A stretch of DNA of 64,000 nucleotides from Candidatus Woesearchaeota archaeon (GTDB lineage: Archaea; Nanobdellota; Nanobdellia; Woesearchaeales; ARS49). Shown here piece by piece: positions 39,107-48,302 of this stretch (position 1 is the stretch's first letter; every line of letters starts with the position of its first letter). The stretch is taken from the NCBI GenBank assembly GCA_016203305.1, contig JACQMY010000020.1:8003-72002 (forward strand), read 5' to 3'. The notes below the pieces were generated by a model. The model was given only the letters and a program-made list of their open reading frames with translations. It had not been told where the DNA came from and did no database searches. Position numbers and translations under genes: made by a program.

Positions 39107-39313
39107 ATGAAAAAAACAATAATCACTGCATTAGTCGTAGCGATATCCGCACTAAGCGCAGCAGCACAAACAGGAGACTGGGGAATGATGGGCGGCTCGA
39201 TGTATTACTCGCCATGGAAAGGATTCCTCACAGGAGCGTTCTTCCTAGGACTAACACTCGTCGTCTGGCTATGGGCATACAAGCTCTGGAAAGAAATCAG
39301 AAGAATGAAATAA
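39107..39313 (+). CDS. Small membrane protein with GMMGG motif
   Basis: Signal-like N-terminus, WGMMGG, TM; SD GAGGTGA. Confidence 0.8.
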   Translation: MKKTIITALVVAISALSAAAQTGDWGMMGGSMYYSPWKGFLTGAFFLGLTLVVWLWAYKLWKEIRRMK

Positions 39314-39315
39314 GT

Positions 39316-39978
39316 TCATTTTTCTATTTTAGCAGCTTTTGCAAAACCCTGACGTGCCAAATAACTGCCAAGTTCATCCCAAGAAGCAACATCTTGGCTC
39401 TCTTGATATTTGCGCAACCGTGGAAGTTCGTCCCTGCCTAACGCACCAACCCAAGAATCCTGCAAAACCTTATCCTTCCGCACCCAGTCATCCACCATGT
39501 GCGGAGCAGGAACAACCCGCGCGTCACCTTGCAATTCTTTCAACAAAGTCATATAAGCACGAACCTGATGATAGCCAGCAGTAACCAACAAAGCACTCTT
39601 CCAACCATTCTCCTTCATCCTCGCAACACTCTTCAACGCCTGAGACTTCGTGCCAAGACCATCATTCTCAGCATCAGCATAAACGATGCTTTTCGGGACA
39701 TCCTCTGCAGCCAAATAATGTGCATAACACTCAGCATCCGCACCAGGATTTTGCTTCCAAGAATAACTATTACACCCGAAAATATCAATACGCGGAGCAA
39801 GCCCATCCCGCCACAACTTAGCAGCACGATCGCACAAACGCGTACCATACCCAGTCCATAACAAAATCACATCAGCCCTTTCAGGAGTTTGCTCCAACAC
39901 GCACTCGGCTAGAGCACACTCCAACGAATCCGAAAACACAACCGGCAATACTTGATGAAAGTTCATAGTTATTCGCAT
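39316..39978 (-). CDS. DUF218 / YdcF (ElyC/SanA) family protein
   Basis: ADVILL, LLVTAGYHQVRA. Confidence 0.78.
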   Translation of the reverse strand: MRITMNFHQVLPVVFSDSLECALAECVLEQTPERADVILLWTGYGTRLCDRAAKLWRDGLAPRIDIFGCNSYSWKQNPGADAECYAHYLAAEDVPKSIVYADAENDGLGTKSQALKSVARMKENGWKSALLVTAGYHQVRAYMTLLKELQGDARVVPAPHMVDDWVRKDKVLQDSWVGALGRDELPRLRKYQESQDVASWDELGSYLARQGFAKAAKIEK

Positions 39979-40030
39979 TTCGCGCCAACACGCTACATTT
40001 ATAAATGATTCGTAGGCTTTAACAGTCCAA

Positions 40031-40104
40031 GGGCGCGTAGCTCAGCCTGGTAGAGCACATCGTTCGCAACGATGGGGCCCCGAGTTCAAATCTCGGCGCG
40101 TCCA
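40031..40104 (+). tRNA. tRNA-Ala(CGC)
   Basis: Cloverleaf; anticodon loop TT-CGC-AA; G3:U70 wobble; TTCAAAT T-loop. Confidence 0.95.
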
Positions 40105-40255
40105 CTTCGTCAACAACCATTCGCTAAAGCGAGTGGCGTGATTGACGAATGTCAAAGGCGAGACATCATGGCTCGCGGTTGTTGAGCGTGCTCGGAAATC
40201 CTGCGCCTATCCACAGGCCAAAGCCCACGATGTCCGCGCAGAGGATTTCCGACAC

Positions 40256-41008
40256 ATGAAGCTCGTCTCTTGGAACGTCGCAGGAATAAAAGCCTGCATA
40301 AAAAAAGGACTATTTGATTTTGTGCAAAAAGAACAAGCAGATGCTTACTGTTTCCAAGAAGTAAAAGCATCCCCAAAAGACACAACAATAACGTTCCCCG
40401 GATACCACTCACATTGGCAACTGGCAGAAAAAAACGGATACAGCGGATTGTTAACCCTCACAAAAAACAAACCACTTTCAATTACTCAAGGACTCGGCGA
40501 GAAAACCATCGATGCTGAAGGTAGAGTGTGCACGCTAGAATTCGACAAATTCTTCCTCATCAATGCGTACTTTCCACACGCGCACAGAGAACTCCACAGG
40601 CTACCATACAAACTCCGGTTCAACAAACAATTTGAAACACACTGCAAAAAACTAGCAATAAAAAAACCAGTCATCATCGCCGCAGACTTCAACGTAGCAC
40701 ACCAAGAAATCGACCTAAGAAATCCAAAACAAAACCAAGGAAATGCAGGATTTACCGCAGAAGAACGAGAATGGCTTGACCAATTCCTAAAGTCAGGCTA
40801 TGTAGACACATTCCGACACTTTGTAACAGAAGGCGGACACTACACCTGGTGGACATACCGCAACAACGCACGACAAAGAAACATCGGCTGGCGCATCGAC
40901 TACTTAATTGTGAACAAAGAACTAATAGAGTGCGTGAAAGAAAGCAACATACTCAAAGATGTAGCCGGATCAGACCATTGCCCGATACTCCTGGACATCA
41001 AACTATAA
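40256..41008 (+). CDS. xth: Exodeoxyribonuclease III / AP endonuclease
   Basis: SWNVAG, FQEVK, GYSG, DFNVAH, GWRIDY, GSDHCP. Confidence 0.95.
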   Translation: MKLVSWNVAGIKACIKKGLFDFVQKEQADAYCFQEVKASPKDTTITFPGYHSHWQLAEKNGYSGLLTLTKNKPLSITQGLGEKTIDAEGRVCTLEFDKFFLINAYFPHAHRELHRLPYKLRFNKQFETHCKKLAIKKPVIIAADFNVAHQEIDLRNPKQNQGNAGFTAEEREWLDQFLKSGYVDTFRHFVTEGGHYTWWTYRNNARQRNIGWRIDYLIVNKELIECVKESNILKDVAGSDHCPILLDIKL

Positions 41009-41635
41009 CCGTTTCTTAACACCAGCTTTTGGACACAACTTATTCACCGGACACTTGCTGCAATAAGGATCAGGAGCAGCACAAGCAGCTCTTCCATGTG
41101 CTTTTAGAACGTGCGGAAGCTTGTCCCACTCAGACTTTGGAAACAACTTCATCAAATCAGCCTCAACTTTCTCAGGATTAGTATTCTTCGTCCAGCCCAA
41201 TCTGAAAGCGACACGCAAAACATGAGTATCACAAGGAACACCAACAATAATGTCATAAGCGTTTTGTAAAATAGCATTAGCAGTCTTGCTACCAATACCC
41301 GGAAGCTCTGTCAATTCCCCCATATTCTTCGGCACCTTGCCACCATGCCTTTCAACCAAAAGCTTACACGCAGCGACAATATTCCTCGCCTTGTTGCCAG
41401 CAAAAGAAACCTTGCCAATGAACTTCAATAGGTCATCAACAGAAGCACCAGCATAATCATCAGCCTTCTTGTACTTTGCAAATAATGTTTGAGTGGCAGC
41501 ATTAACAACCTCATCCCTGACCCGTGCAGACAAAATGGCAGCAACCATTAAGTCGAGAGGAGTTTTGAAATTCAAGTAATACTTTGCATGCGGATAAGTT
41601 TTTTTCAGAATCTTCCAAGCTTCAATGTTTGCCAT
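41003..41635 (-). CDS. nth: Endonuclease III
   Basis: LPGIGSKTAN HhH, DTHV, C-X6-C-X2-C-X5-C. Confidence 0.93.
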   Translation of the reverse strand: MANIEAWKILKKTYPHAKYYLNFKTPLDLMVAAILSARVRDEVVNAATQTLFAKYKKADDYAGASVDDLLKFIGKVSFAGNKARNIVAACKLLVERHGGKVPKNMGELTELPGIGSKTANAILQNAYDIIVGVPCDTHVLRVAFRLGWTKNTNPEKVEADLMKLFPKSEWDKLPHVLKAHGRAACAAPDPYCSKCPVNKLCPKAGVKKRL

Positions 41636-41636
41636 G

Positions 41637-42977
41637 CTAACGCTTCACGAGAATTTGCGAAGCAACAATTGTTGCATTGGCAGGCCTTGGCATCTGGCGA
41701 ACGGGTTTTGAGACTCCTGAAGGAATAATCGGTCCTCTGACAATGGCTGGTGCGGTTTGAGGAACAGTAACTCTTGTCGGGTAGAGCATTGCGGGTGTTG
41801 AAGGCATGCACCTACAAACTCTGTCGCATACACCTATCTTTCCATCCGACAGAGCACATCTTCCTCCCGGCGGATCACATTGCTCGCCGATGTCCGGCAC
41901 TTGATTGCCACACGCGCCAGGAGTTATTCCTGTCACCGGCCTTCCGGTGCACATGCACGTGCGGGAACACGTGCCCCAGCTACCCTCAATAGTCATGCAT
42001 TCCCTGCCCGGAGGGTCACATTGTTCAAGACTGTCTCTTCTTCCGTCACCACATCTTGTCACAGTCTGTTGGCATTTGCAATCCCTTGAGCATGTGCCCA
42101 AAAAGACCTGAAGCGAAGTGCAAGCACTTCCCGGGGGGTCGCATTCCTCATTGCCCTCCCGTTGTTGGTTTCCACACCTTGGTCCAGGTACACACGCGCA
42201 CGCATTATTGCACGTCCCCTGCTCGCCAGCAGCAGTAACGCATCCGCCTCCAGGAGGATCACACTGCTCTCTGCCAGAAACCTGACGGTCACCACAGAAT
42301 GGAATTGAGGTCAAGCACGTGCAAAACTGTGAGCATACACCCTTGACTCCCTCCTTGGTGCACGCGCCATTTGGCGGATCGCACGTTTCACCAGCGTCAA
42401 GCCGTCCGTCACCACACCTGCCGCCCTGAGGAACGAAACACCCACACATCTTGCTGCACACGCCCCATTCACCTCTCCCAGTAAGACAGCGCTGTCCCGG
42501 AGGGTCACACTCCTCGCCTTGATCAACACGAGCATCCCCACACCTTGGTCCAGGCAAGCATTTACACTGGGCGCTACAAGTCCCAGGCTGAGCAGCAACT
42601 CCCAAAGACAACCTCTGAACCGTACAGTCTGCGCCGGGAGGATCACACTCCTCCCACGGATTCAAATTATAATCACCACACGTGCCTTCCTCTGTCTTAA
42701 TGCAGGCAGCACCTGTCTTCAGTTCCTTACACCCTGCGAAACCATACTTTGTACAGTCAAACGCTTTGCCCGTAGCAATCCCCTTTGCGCAAAAAGCCTC
42801 CTTTATTGTTTTGCCATCAACACATTCATCACGTGCAACCAGTTTACCAGCAGCAGCCCAGCCCGGCAATCCAAGAGAAGAAACTACATTCATTGAGGAA
42901 CTATCGCTGTCCATGCACCCATTTTGCGCGAGCACTGGAACAGCCAGCACAAACAGCAGGGCAATCAACGCTTTCAA
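41637..42977 (-). CDS. Secreted protein with seven Cys-rich CG(D/N)...E.CDPP repeats
   Basis: Signal peptide, CMDSD...EAFC module, tandem ~40-aa repeats resembling Myxococcus Cys-rich repeats. Confidence 0.85.
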   Translation of the reverse strand: MKALIALLFVLAVPVLAQNGCMDSDSSSMNVVSSLGLPGWAAAGKLVARDECVDGKTIKEAFCAKGIATGKAFDCTKYGFAGCKELKTGAACIKTEEGTCGDYNLNPWEECDPPGADCTVQRLSLGVAAQPGTCSAQCKCLPGPRCGDARVDQGEECDPPGQRCLTGRGEWGVCSKMCGCFVPQGGRCGDGRLDAGETCDPPNGACTKEGVKGVCSQFCTCLTSIPFCGDRQVSGREQCDPPGGGCVTAAGEQGTCNNACACVPGPRCGNQQREGNEECDPPGSACTSLQVFLGTCSRDCKCQQTVTRCGDGRRDSLEQCDPPGRECMTIEGSWGTCSRTCMCTGRPVTGITPGACGNQVPDIGEQCDPPGGRCALSDGKIGVCDRVCRCMPSTPAMLYPTRVTVPQTAPAIVRGPIIPSGVSKPVRQMPRPANATIVASQILVKR

Positions 42978-43201
42978 AGCATCACCTTTTTTTCAGACAG
43001 AATGGATTTTTCCTTATAATACTTCCGCAACAATGCATCTTTTTCAATACACCGGAAACCCTCTGCGCGGAAACCGATTCAGCCACGCAGAAGAACTGTT
43101 TATAGCGACAAATTTTAATAATCGGATAAACAGAGTAAAGTTTGTCGAATATAGTAATCGAAGACAACATCCGAAAATTAAAGTCGATTACTATAAAAAC
43201 A

Positions 43202-43636
43202 TTATGACATGCGTTTCGCCCACGACAAAAGCTCGTCAACACTTCCAAACAAACAACTCAGCGGACGCTCAACCATAGGATTATTGCCAGAAGGCAACAA
43301 CTGCCGAGGATCAGTACGCAAACCAACACACACCTTGCCCAAAGCATGCACAAACCCAAGCTCAAAAGCAGCACCCTCATCCACAGAACGACCATCAAGA
43401 ACAATTAACAAAAAATCACAATCCTTCATAGCCTTAACATCCGCATCAAACACCCTTCTCGCAGCTTCCTCAGCAGAAACACCAGACTTTATCAAGTCCA
43501 CCAGTAAGCATCCATCATCCTGCGGCAAGTAAACAACAAAAAACTCCTCCAAAAGCCGCTTAAGCTTCACATTAAACTCCCGTTCGGCAACACTAAACAA
43601 AGGACCAGCAAGATAGAGATGGGGTTTTTTGACCAT
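43202..43636 (-). CDS. Nucleoside 2-deoxyribosyltransferase family
   Basis: YLAGPLFS, YLPQ, DEGAAFELG, NNPM. Confidence 0.88.
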   Translation of the reverse strand: MVKKPHLYLAGPLFSVAEREFNVKLKRLLEEFFVVYLPQDDGCLLVDLIKSGVSAEEAARRVFDADVKAMKDCDFLLIVLDGRSVDEGAAFELGFVHALGKVCVGLRTDPRQLLPSGNNPMVERPLSCLFGSVDELLSWAKRMS

Positions 43637-43695
43637 TTGAAGAAGAATCAAACAAGGCATTTATATTAATTCTGTAACCTTCGGGGTGCCATAAA

Positions 43696-43769
43696 TGGAC
43701 AGGCGGGGATTTGAACCCCGGGCATCTCCGCTGCCAGCGGAGCATTCTACCGAGCTGAATTACCTGCCC
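43696..43769 (-). tRNA. tRNA-Ala(GGC)
   Basis: Reverse complement GGGCAGG...CTCCG-CT-GGC-AG-CGGAG...CCTGTCCA; G3:U70. Confidence 0.95.
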
Positions 43770-43806
43770 GTACTAGAGAATATGGCAACGCGGCCGGTTT
43801 AAAAAG

Positions 43807-44487
43807 CTACCGTGCACCAACAGGAACTCTGCGCTTAAGCATTTCAACCATCTGGGTTTCAAGCTCTTCAATCATTGCTCGCTGGTCAAAACCAGCTTTA
43901 AGCCTGGCAAGATGATCGCGCCATTCGGCAACAACCCGCATGCCGTCAGGGCCAAGCGTTTCACAACGCGCAGCAATACTAATCTGCGGATTAACAACAA
44001 ACGCTTCAGGCAACATTTTACTTCTCAAATTTCTTCCTGCTTCGTACTTTGTCAGACGAATGCCAGCAAAAGTGTCCAATAGCCCAATTCGTTGCTGAAT
44101 TTTCCTCAAATCAGCCTCAAAACGAACACGCATGTGCGGCAACTGTCTCATAGTCTCCTTGCGAATCTCGTGAGCAACCCTCAAAAAAGCAGTCTGGCCA
44201 GCAGCACTCTTCTGCATTGCGTCAGCATACATGTTGACCTTTTTCTCCATTTCAGCCTCGTGCCCTTCAGGCGCGAACAAAACCAGCTTTGAAACATCAT
44301 CAACAGAAGTATCTCTGACAGCTTCAACTGCCTTATTTAAACAGTCCCGCAAGCCAGGACCAGCCGCCTCTTTCAAATCCTTGCGCAACTTCTTAAAACG
44401 CTCCTTAGCAGCAAGCACCTTTGCAGCAATATCCTCGGAAGCCTGAACCTCAGCAGATTTGCCCAAAAACCATTCACGCAATCCCAT
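43807..44487 (-). CDS. Hypothetical helical protein
   Basis: 226-aa ORF with SD GAGGT. Confidence 0.7.
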   Translation of the reverse strand: MGLREWFLGKSAEVQASEDIAAKVLAAKERFKKLRKDLKEAAGPGLRDCLNKAVEAVRDTSVDDVSKLVLFAPEGHEAEMEKKVNMYADAMQKSAAGQTAFLRVAHEIRKETMRQLPHMRVRFEADLRKIQQRIGLLDTFAGIRLTKYEAGRNLRSKMLPEAFVVNPQISIAARCETLGPDGMRVVAEWRDHLARLKAGFDQRAMIEELETQMVEMLKRRVPVGAR

Positions 44488-44493
44488 CTTTTT

Positions 44494-45087
44494 TTACCTC
44501 AAATACTCTGGAATACCAATATGTGAGAATTCCTTTAATAATCCTTTGCCATGCATCAACCTGGAAAAAGCCTCAGCCTCCATCTTCGCATCAGTCAAAG
44601 CATGATGCGGCTTAGGCAGCCCAGGCAAGCCAACATAACCCAACGTCCGGTCCAAGTTCAAACCAGAGATGCTATTCTTCAAAGCAGGACGCAAACCTCT
44701 CCTGCGCATGTGCGCTTGGGAAATAGAATGCAAGTCTATCAAACGATGACCAAAAAACCAATACAAACCCTGACGTTCCATGGTAACCTTCAAAAAATTA
44801 TGATCAAAACCAACACACTCCCCAGCAAGAGTACGCTCCTCACACTCCTCAGACCATTTCACAAACTTCTCCAACAACTGCCTAACAGACTGCTTGCTAA
44901 CATCACGAATCTGCTGCTCAGAAAAACCATTCACCATCAAAGCATCCAGTGCAACAGCCGCACCATCATCAATACGACATTCCTCGTAGAAAAAATTCTC
45001 CGGATTACAAAAATCAACAGCACCAACACTCAACAAACAATGCCTATAAGGATCCAAACCAGTAGTCTCAATGTCAACAACGATCAT
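44494..45087 (-). CDS. DEDDh 3'-5' exonuclease (DnaQ-like)
   Basis: VDIETTGL, FDHNFL, HHALTDA. Confidence 0.9.
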   Translation of the reverse strand: MIVVDIETTGLDPYRHCLLSVGAVDFCNPENFFYEECRIDDGAAVALDALMVNGFSEQQIRDVSKQSVRQLLEKFVKWSEECEERTLAGECVGFDHNFLKVTMERQGLYWFFGHRLIDLHSISQAHMRRRGLRPALKNSISGLNLDRTLGYVGLPGLPKPHHALTDAKMEAEAFSRLMHGKGLLKEFSHIGIPEYLR

Positions 45088-45973
45088 TTTGACCCTCAAA
45101 GTCAACAAAGCAATGACCTAAATTCCTTTTCAAACAATAATCTTTATTATGCACGTGCTCGCCACTTGAGAACAATTTGCACAATTCTACTGCGCGCAGC
45201 CGAATGCTTTCAGGCAATGAATGACGCTCCCGCGAACCACTCAAGCCAGTCCCTAAGCGGTCAACAAGATCTGTTATTGCTATTCCTTTGTCCAGGAGGC
45301 TTGGCGCTTGCTGCAACTCATCATACTCGTTTCGCACAATACGTGCGCCATTCTTCAAATAAGCCGGCGCACCAGAAGCATCATAAGCCTTGCCGTCAAC
45401 AATAATCCAACTCTGTCCATCATACTGTGCTTTCTTCCTTAAGCGCAAGACTCTATCAAGAATGTCCATGTCCCACCCTTTTAAGCGCAACAAACCATGA
45501 ACTTCATAGGTCTTATTTCCATACCGCTGCGCGTGTCCAGCAACAACACCCCCATCAACGCGCACCCCCCAATGTCTTTCCTCTTTAGCGCTCAGCCCAA
45601 AACTCTGCAACACGTCCATCACACAACTCCGCATTCTCTTATAGGGAATGTGCGTTGGAACCTCCTCTGTTGCATCATGTTCAAGTCTGCCAAACAAACT
45701 ATATCCTAAAGTGTGCTCATCAACGTATACAGCGGACCCGCTTGAAAAGCGACGCGTGACATCAACTTTGCCAAAAGCAGATTCTCTGACATCACTTACA
45801 TCCTGGTGCTTGCTCAAAATCATACCAGGTCTAGAGAAAAAATACAAGCGCACAATTTCTTCATGCACTCCATCGCGCACGGCCTCAAAGCACGCCTCAT
45901 TTATTGCCAAATTTTCAGCAGCAGGACGAGAAGAATCAACAACGCATAACTTGCTTCCATTCATAGAATTCAC
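45074..45973 (-). CDS. Lipoate-protein ligase A-like (BPL/LplA family)
   Basis: NLAINE, VTRRFSSGSAVY, VAGHAQ, VHG. Confidence 0.7.
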   Translation of the reverse strand: MNSMNGSKLCVVDSSRPAAENLAINEACFEAVRDGVHEEIVRLYFFSRPGMILSKHQDVSDVRESAFGKVDVTRRFSSGSAVYVDEHTLGYSLFGRLEHDATEEVPTHIPYKRMRSCVMDVLQSFGLSAKEERHWGVRVDGGVVAGHAQRYGNKTYEVHGLLRLKGWDMDILDRVLRLRKKAQYDGQSWIIVDGKAYDASGAPAYLKNGARIVRNEYDELQQAPSLLDKGIAITDLVDRLGTGLSGSRERHSLPESIRLRAVELCKLFSSGEHVHNKDYCLKRNLGHCFVDFEGQNDRC

Positions 45974-46009
45974 AGAATAAAGCCTCTTTAAAAAAATGAT
46001 TGTGCTACA

Positions 46010-46717
46010 CTACAACGGTAACACTCCCAGCGCTTTCCCGATCAAATAGCCAGCAATGGCAGCAGTCATGCCAACCAATGCCATCTCCAAGCCAGACTTC
46101 CAAGGAGTGGTGCCAGTATAGTTCGCCTTGATCGCACCAGAACCAAACAAAACCAATGTTGAAACTCCCAACGTTGTGACAACTGCAATAGGAATAGGCA
46201 ACAAGATAAAAGGTATCAACGGAATCAAACTGCCAATGATCGCTGCAAAACCAACAACCAACGCATCACGAACAGGATGCGCAAACTCATCCTCACTCAA
46301 TCCAAGCTCGTCTCTCATCATGGTTTGAACCCAAACTTTCTTGTTACTTGTAATCGTCTTAACAATCTGGTTCAACAAACTGCCCTTGAAACCCTTCTTT
46401 GCATACAACGCCCTGACTTCCGCAACTTCCTCAGCAGGCTTCTCACGCACTTCCTGCCATTCCATCGCCAACTGACGATCATAATACTCCTTCGATGCCT
46501 TGCTGCTAGTATATGCGACAGCAGCCATTGAAATAGATTCAGCAAATGTAGCGGCCAAGCCAGAAATCAAAATCACGCTCCTACTGTTGGTAGCTTCAGC
46601 AACAGCCAAAACAATACCCAACACGTTCACCAAGCCATCCTGGCCACCAAGAATAACATCACGAATAACAGCCGAGCCATTCCCGTGAAACTCCTTCTTA
46701 TGCAAACCTCTTTTCAT
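46010..46717 (-). CDS. VIT1/CCC1 metal transporter
   Basis: RDVILGGQDGLV, SISMA, MMRDELGL. Confidence 0.92.
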   Translation of the reverse strand: MKRGLHKKEFHGNGSAVIRDVILGGQDGLVNVLGIVLAVAEATNSRSVILISGLAATFAESISMAAVAYTSSKASKEYYDRQLAMEWQEVREKPAEEVAEVRALYAKKGFKGSLLNQIVKTITSNKKVWVQTMMRDELGLSEDEFAHPVRDALVVGFAAIIGSLIPLIPFILLPIPIAVVTTLGVSTLVLFGSGAIKANYTGTTPWKSGLEMALVGMTAAIAGYLIGKALGVLPL

Positions 46718-46741
46718 TAGACAATAAAAGTAACCTGTTGT

Positions 46742-47683
46742 TTAAAAACGTTTAGCTTGCCTGTGAAGCTCGCGCATCACAGACTCACGAATAGCGCCAT
46801 CAGAAACAGAATGGCCAGCAGTCACGATGAAAAGCTTGGACTTAGGCAAAGCAACATGCAAACGATAAGCATTCTCAGCAGGGCAGACAAAATCATAACG
46901 GCCATGAACGATTGACAATGGAATATTCTTCAGCTTTCCCGCGTTCCTCAAAATGTAATTATTTGACAGAAAACAACCATTCCTGAAAAAATGAGCCTCG
47001 ATCTTAGCCAGCGCAATAACTCTCTTATCCCACAAATCCTTACTTGCCTGCTTAGGATCATACTCCAAGCGCAACAAGCTAGACTCGTACAACGCCCACT
47101 CCCGGCAATATTTCTTCATCACGCGCTTATTTTTAGAATGCATCATCCTCCAATAATAAGAAGAAGGCCGCTCACTGAAACGCTTGGGAACAACACCCAC
47201 AAACCTCTTCCAAACATCAGGAAACTGATGTTTCGGACCGCCAGTAAGCATAAAGTCATCATCAAAACCACTACCAAGATAAATGCCACGCAAAACCATG
47301 CCGAGAACTGTTTTCGAGTATTTTATCGCGTAACACAACGACAAACAACTCCCCCAAGACCCACCAAACAAAAAAGTTTTCTCAATCTTCAAAAACCTCA
47401 AAAAATCACGCAAATCCTTCACAAGCTTTTGCGTCGTATTGCCCCTCAAACCAGCAAAAGGCCTGCTCTTGCCAGCACCCCTCTGATCAATAGTCAAAAT
47501 GTTGAACTTTTTCGGATTAAAATGACGATGAGCGCTCTCACTACAGCCAGCACCAGGACCACCATGCACGAACAAAACAGGAACACCTCTTGGGTTGCCG
47601 TACAACGCGTAAAATAATTCATGACAGTCAGACACCTTGAAAAAGCCCTTACGATATGGTTTACGAGACGGGAAAAGTTTCAT
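46742..47683 (-). CDS. pip: Proline iminopeptidase
   Basis: HGGPG, DQRGAGKS, GGSWG, GRYD, AGH. Confidence 0.92.
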   Translation of the reverse strand: MKLFPSRKPYRKGFFKVSDCHELFYALYGNPRGVPVLFVHGGPGAGCSESAHRHFNPKKFNILTIDQRGAGKSRPFAGLRGNTTQKLVKDLRDFLRFLKIEKTFLFGGSWGSCLSLCYAIKYSKTVLGMVLRGIYLGSGFDDDFMLTGGPKHQFPDVWKRFVGVVPKRFSERPSSYYWRMMHSKNKRVMKKYCREWALYESSLLRLEYDPKQASKDLWDKRVIALAKIEAHFFRNGCFLSNNYILRNAGKLKNIPLSIVHGRYDFVCPAENAYRLHVALPKSKLFIVTAGHSVSDGAIRESVMRELHRQAKRF

Positions 47684-47719
47684 ACACCAGAGAAATAGCG
47701 CATCGCTTAATAATTCTTG

Positions 47720-47950
47720 TCAAAACAAGTTAACAAATTCCTCCTTTGTAAACCCTGACTGGCGGATGATGCTCAGCAAGGTGCCGGGTGCGAGTTCATC
47801 ATTTCCGTGCAGTGGAACAGACACCAATCTTTTCTCCCCTCTTACCAATCCCAAAAGCTGCACGTGAGAACCGCGCTGATTCCTAACGATAAAACCTTGC
47901 TTAAGAAGTTCCTTTAACACTTCCTTGCCAGTTAGTCTCGGCAGCTTCAC
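47720..47950 (-). CDS. hicA: HicA toxin
   Basis: QRGSHV, VPLH, GTLLSIIRQ. Confidence 0.92.
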   Translation of the reverse strand: MKLPRLTGKEVLKELLKQGFIVRNQRGSHVQLLGLVRGEKRLVSVPLHGNDELAPGTLLSIIRQSGFTKEEFVNLF

Positions 47951-48189
47951 TCAGCAGGAAGCGGAACAGACAAATAGGTCACGCGTGCCTTGCGAAACAA
48001 TTCAGGAAGCATTCCTTCCTCGCGCGCAACAAACAAATGACCTTCGACTGCCTCTTTCAAGTTTTTCCGCGCCTCGGAAGGAGTCCTGCCCTGGCTTGCT
48101 ACATCAATCTCTGGGCAGATCGCGGAATAAAATTTTCCTTCCTTCCGAACAATGCACGTTAACTTCAACAGTCGCGTCATCACTTCCAA
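47947..48189 (-). CDS. hicB: HicB antitoxin
   Basis: CPEIDVASQG.T..EA..NLKEAV. Confidence 0.9.
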   Translation of the reverse strand: MEVMTRLLKLTCIVRKEGKFYSAICPEIDVASQGRTPSEARKNLKEAVEGHLFVAREEGMLPELFRKARVTYLSVPLPAE

Positions 48190-48302
48190 TCACCACTCCT
48201 ATCTATAAAAACTTTGCTTAATTACCCATCGAGACGAAAACCAGAGGGTTTATACCTTTGGCTGGAATCCTTTTTATTCATGCTGGAAGAAATATGGAGA
48301 CT

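Noticed and set aside
40031-43769. Integrated element between the two tRNA-Ala genes
   Set aside because: The tRNAs are distinct full-length isoacceptors in inverted orientation, the cargo is mostly repair genes, and there is no integrase.
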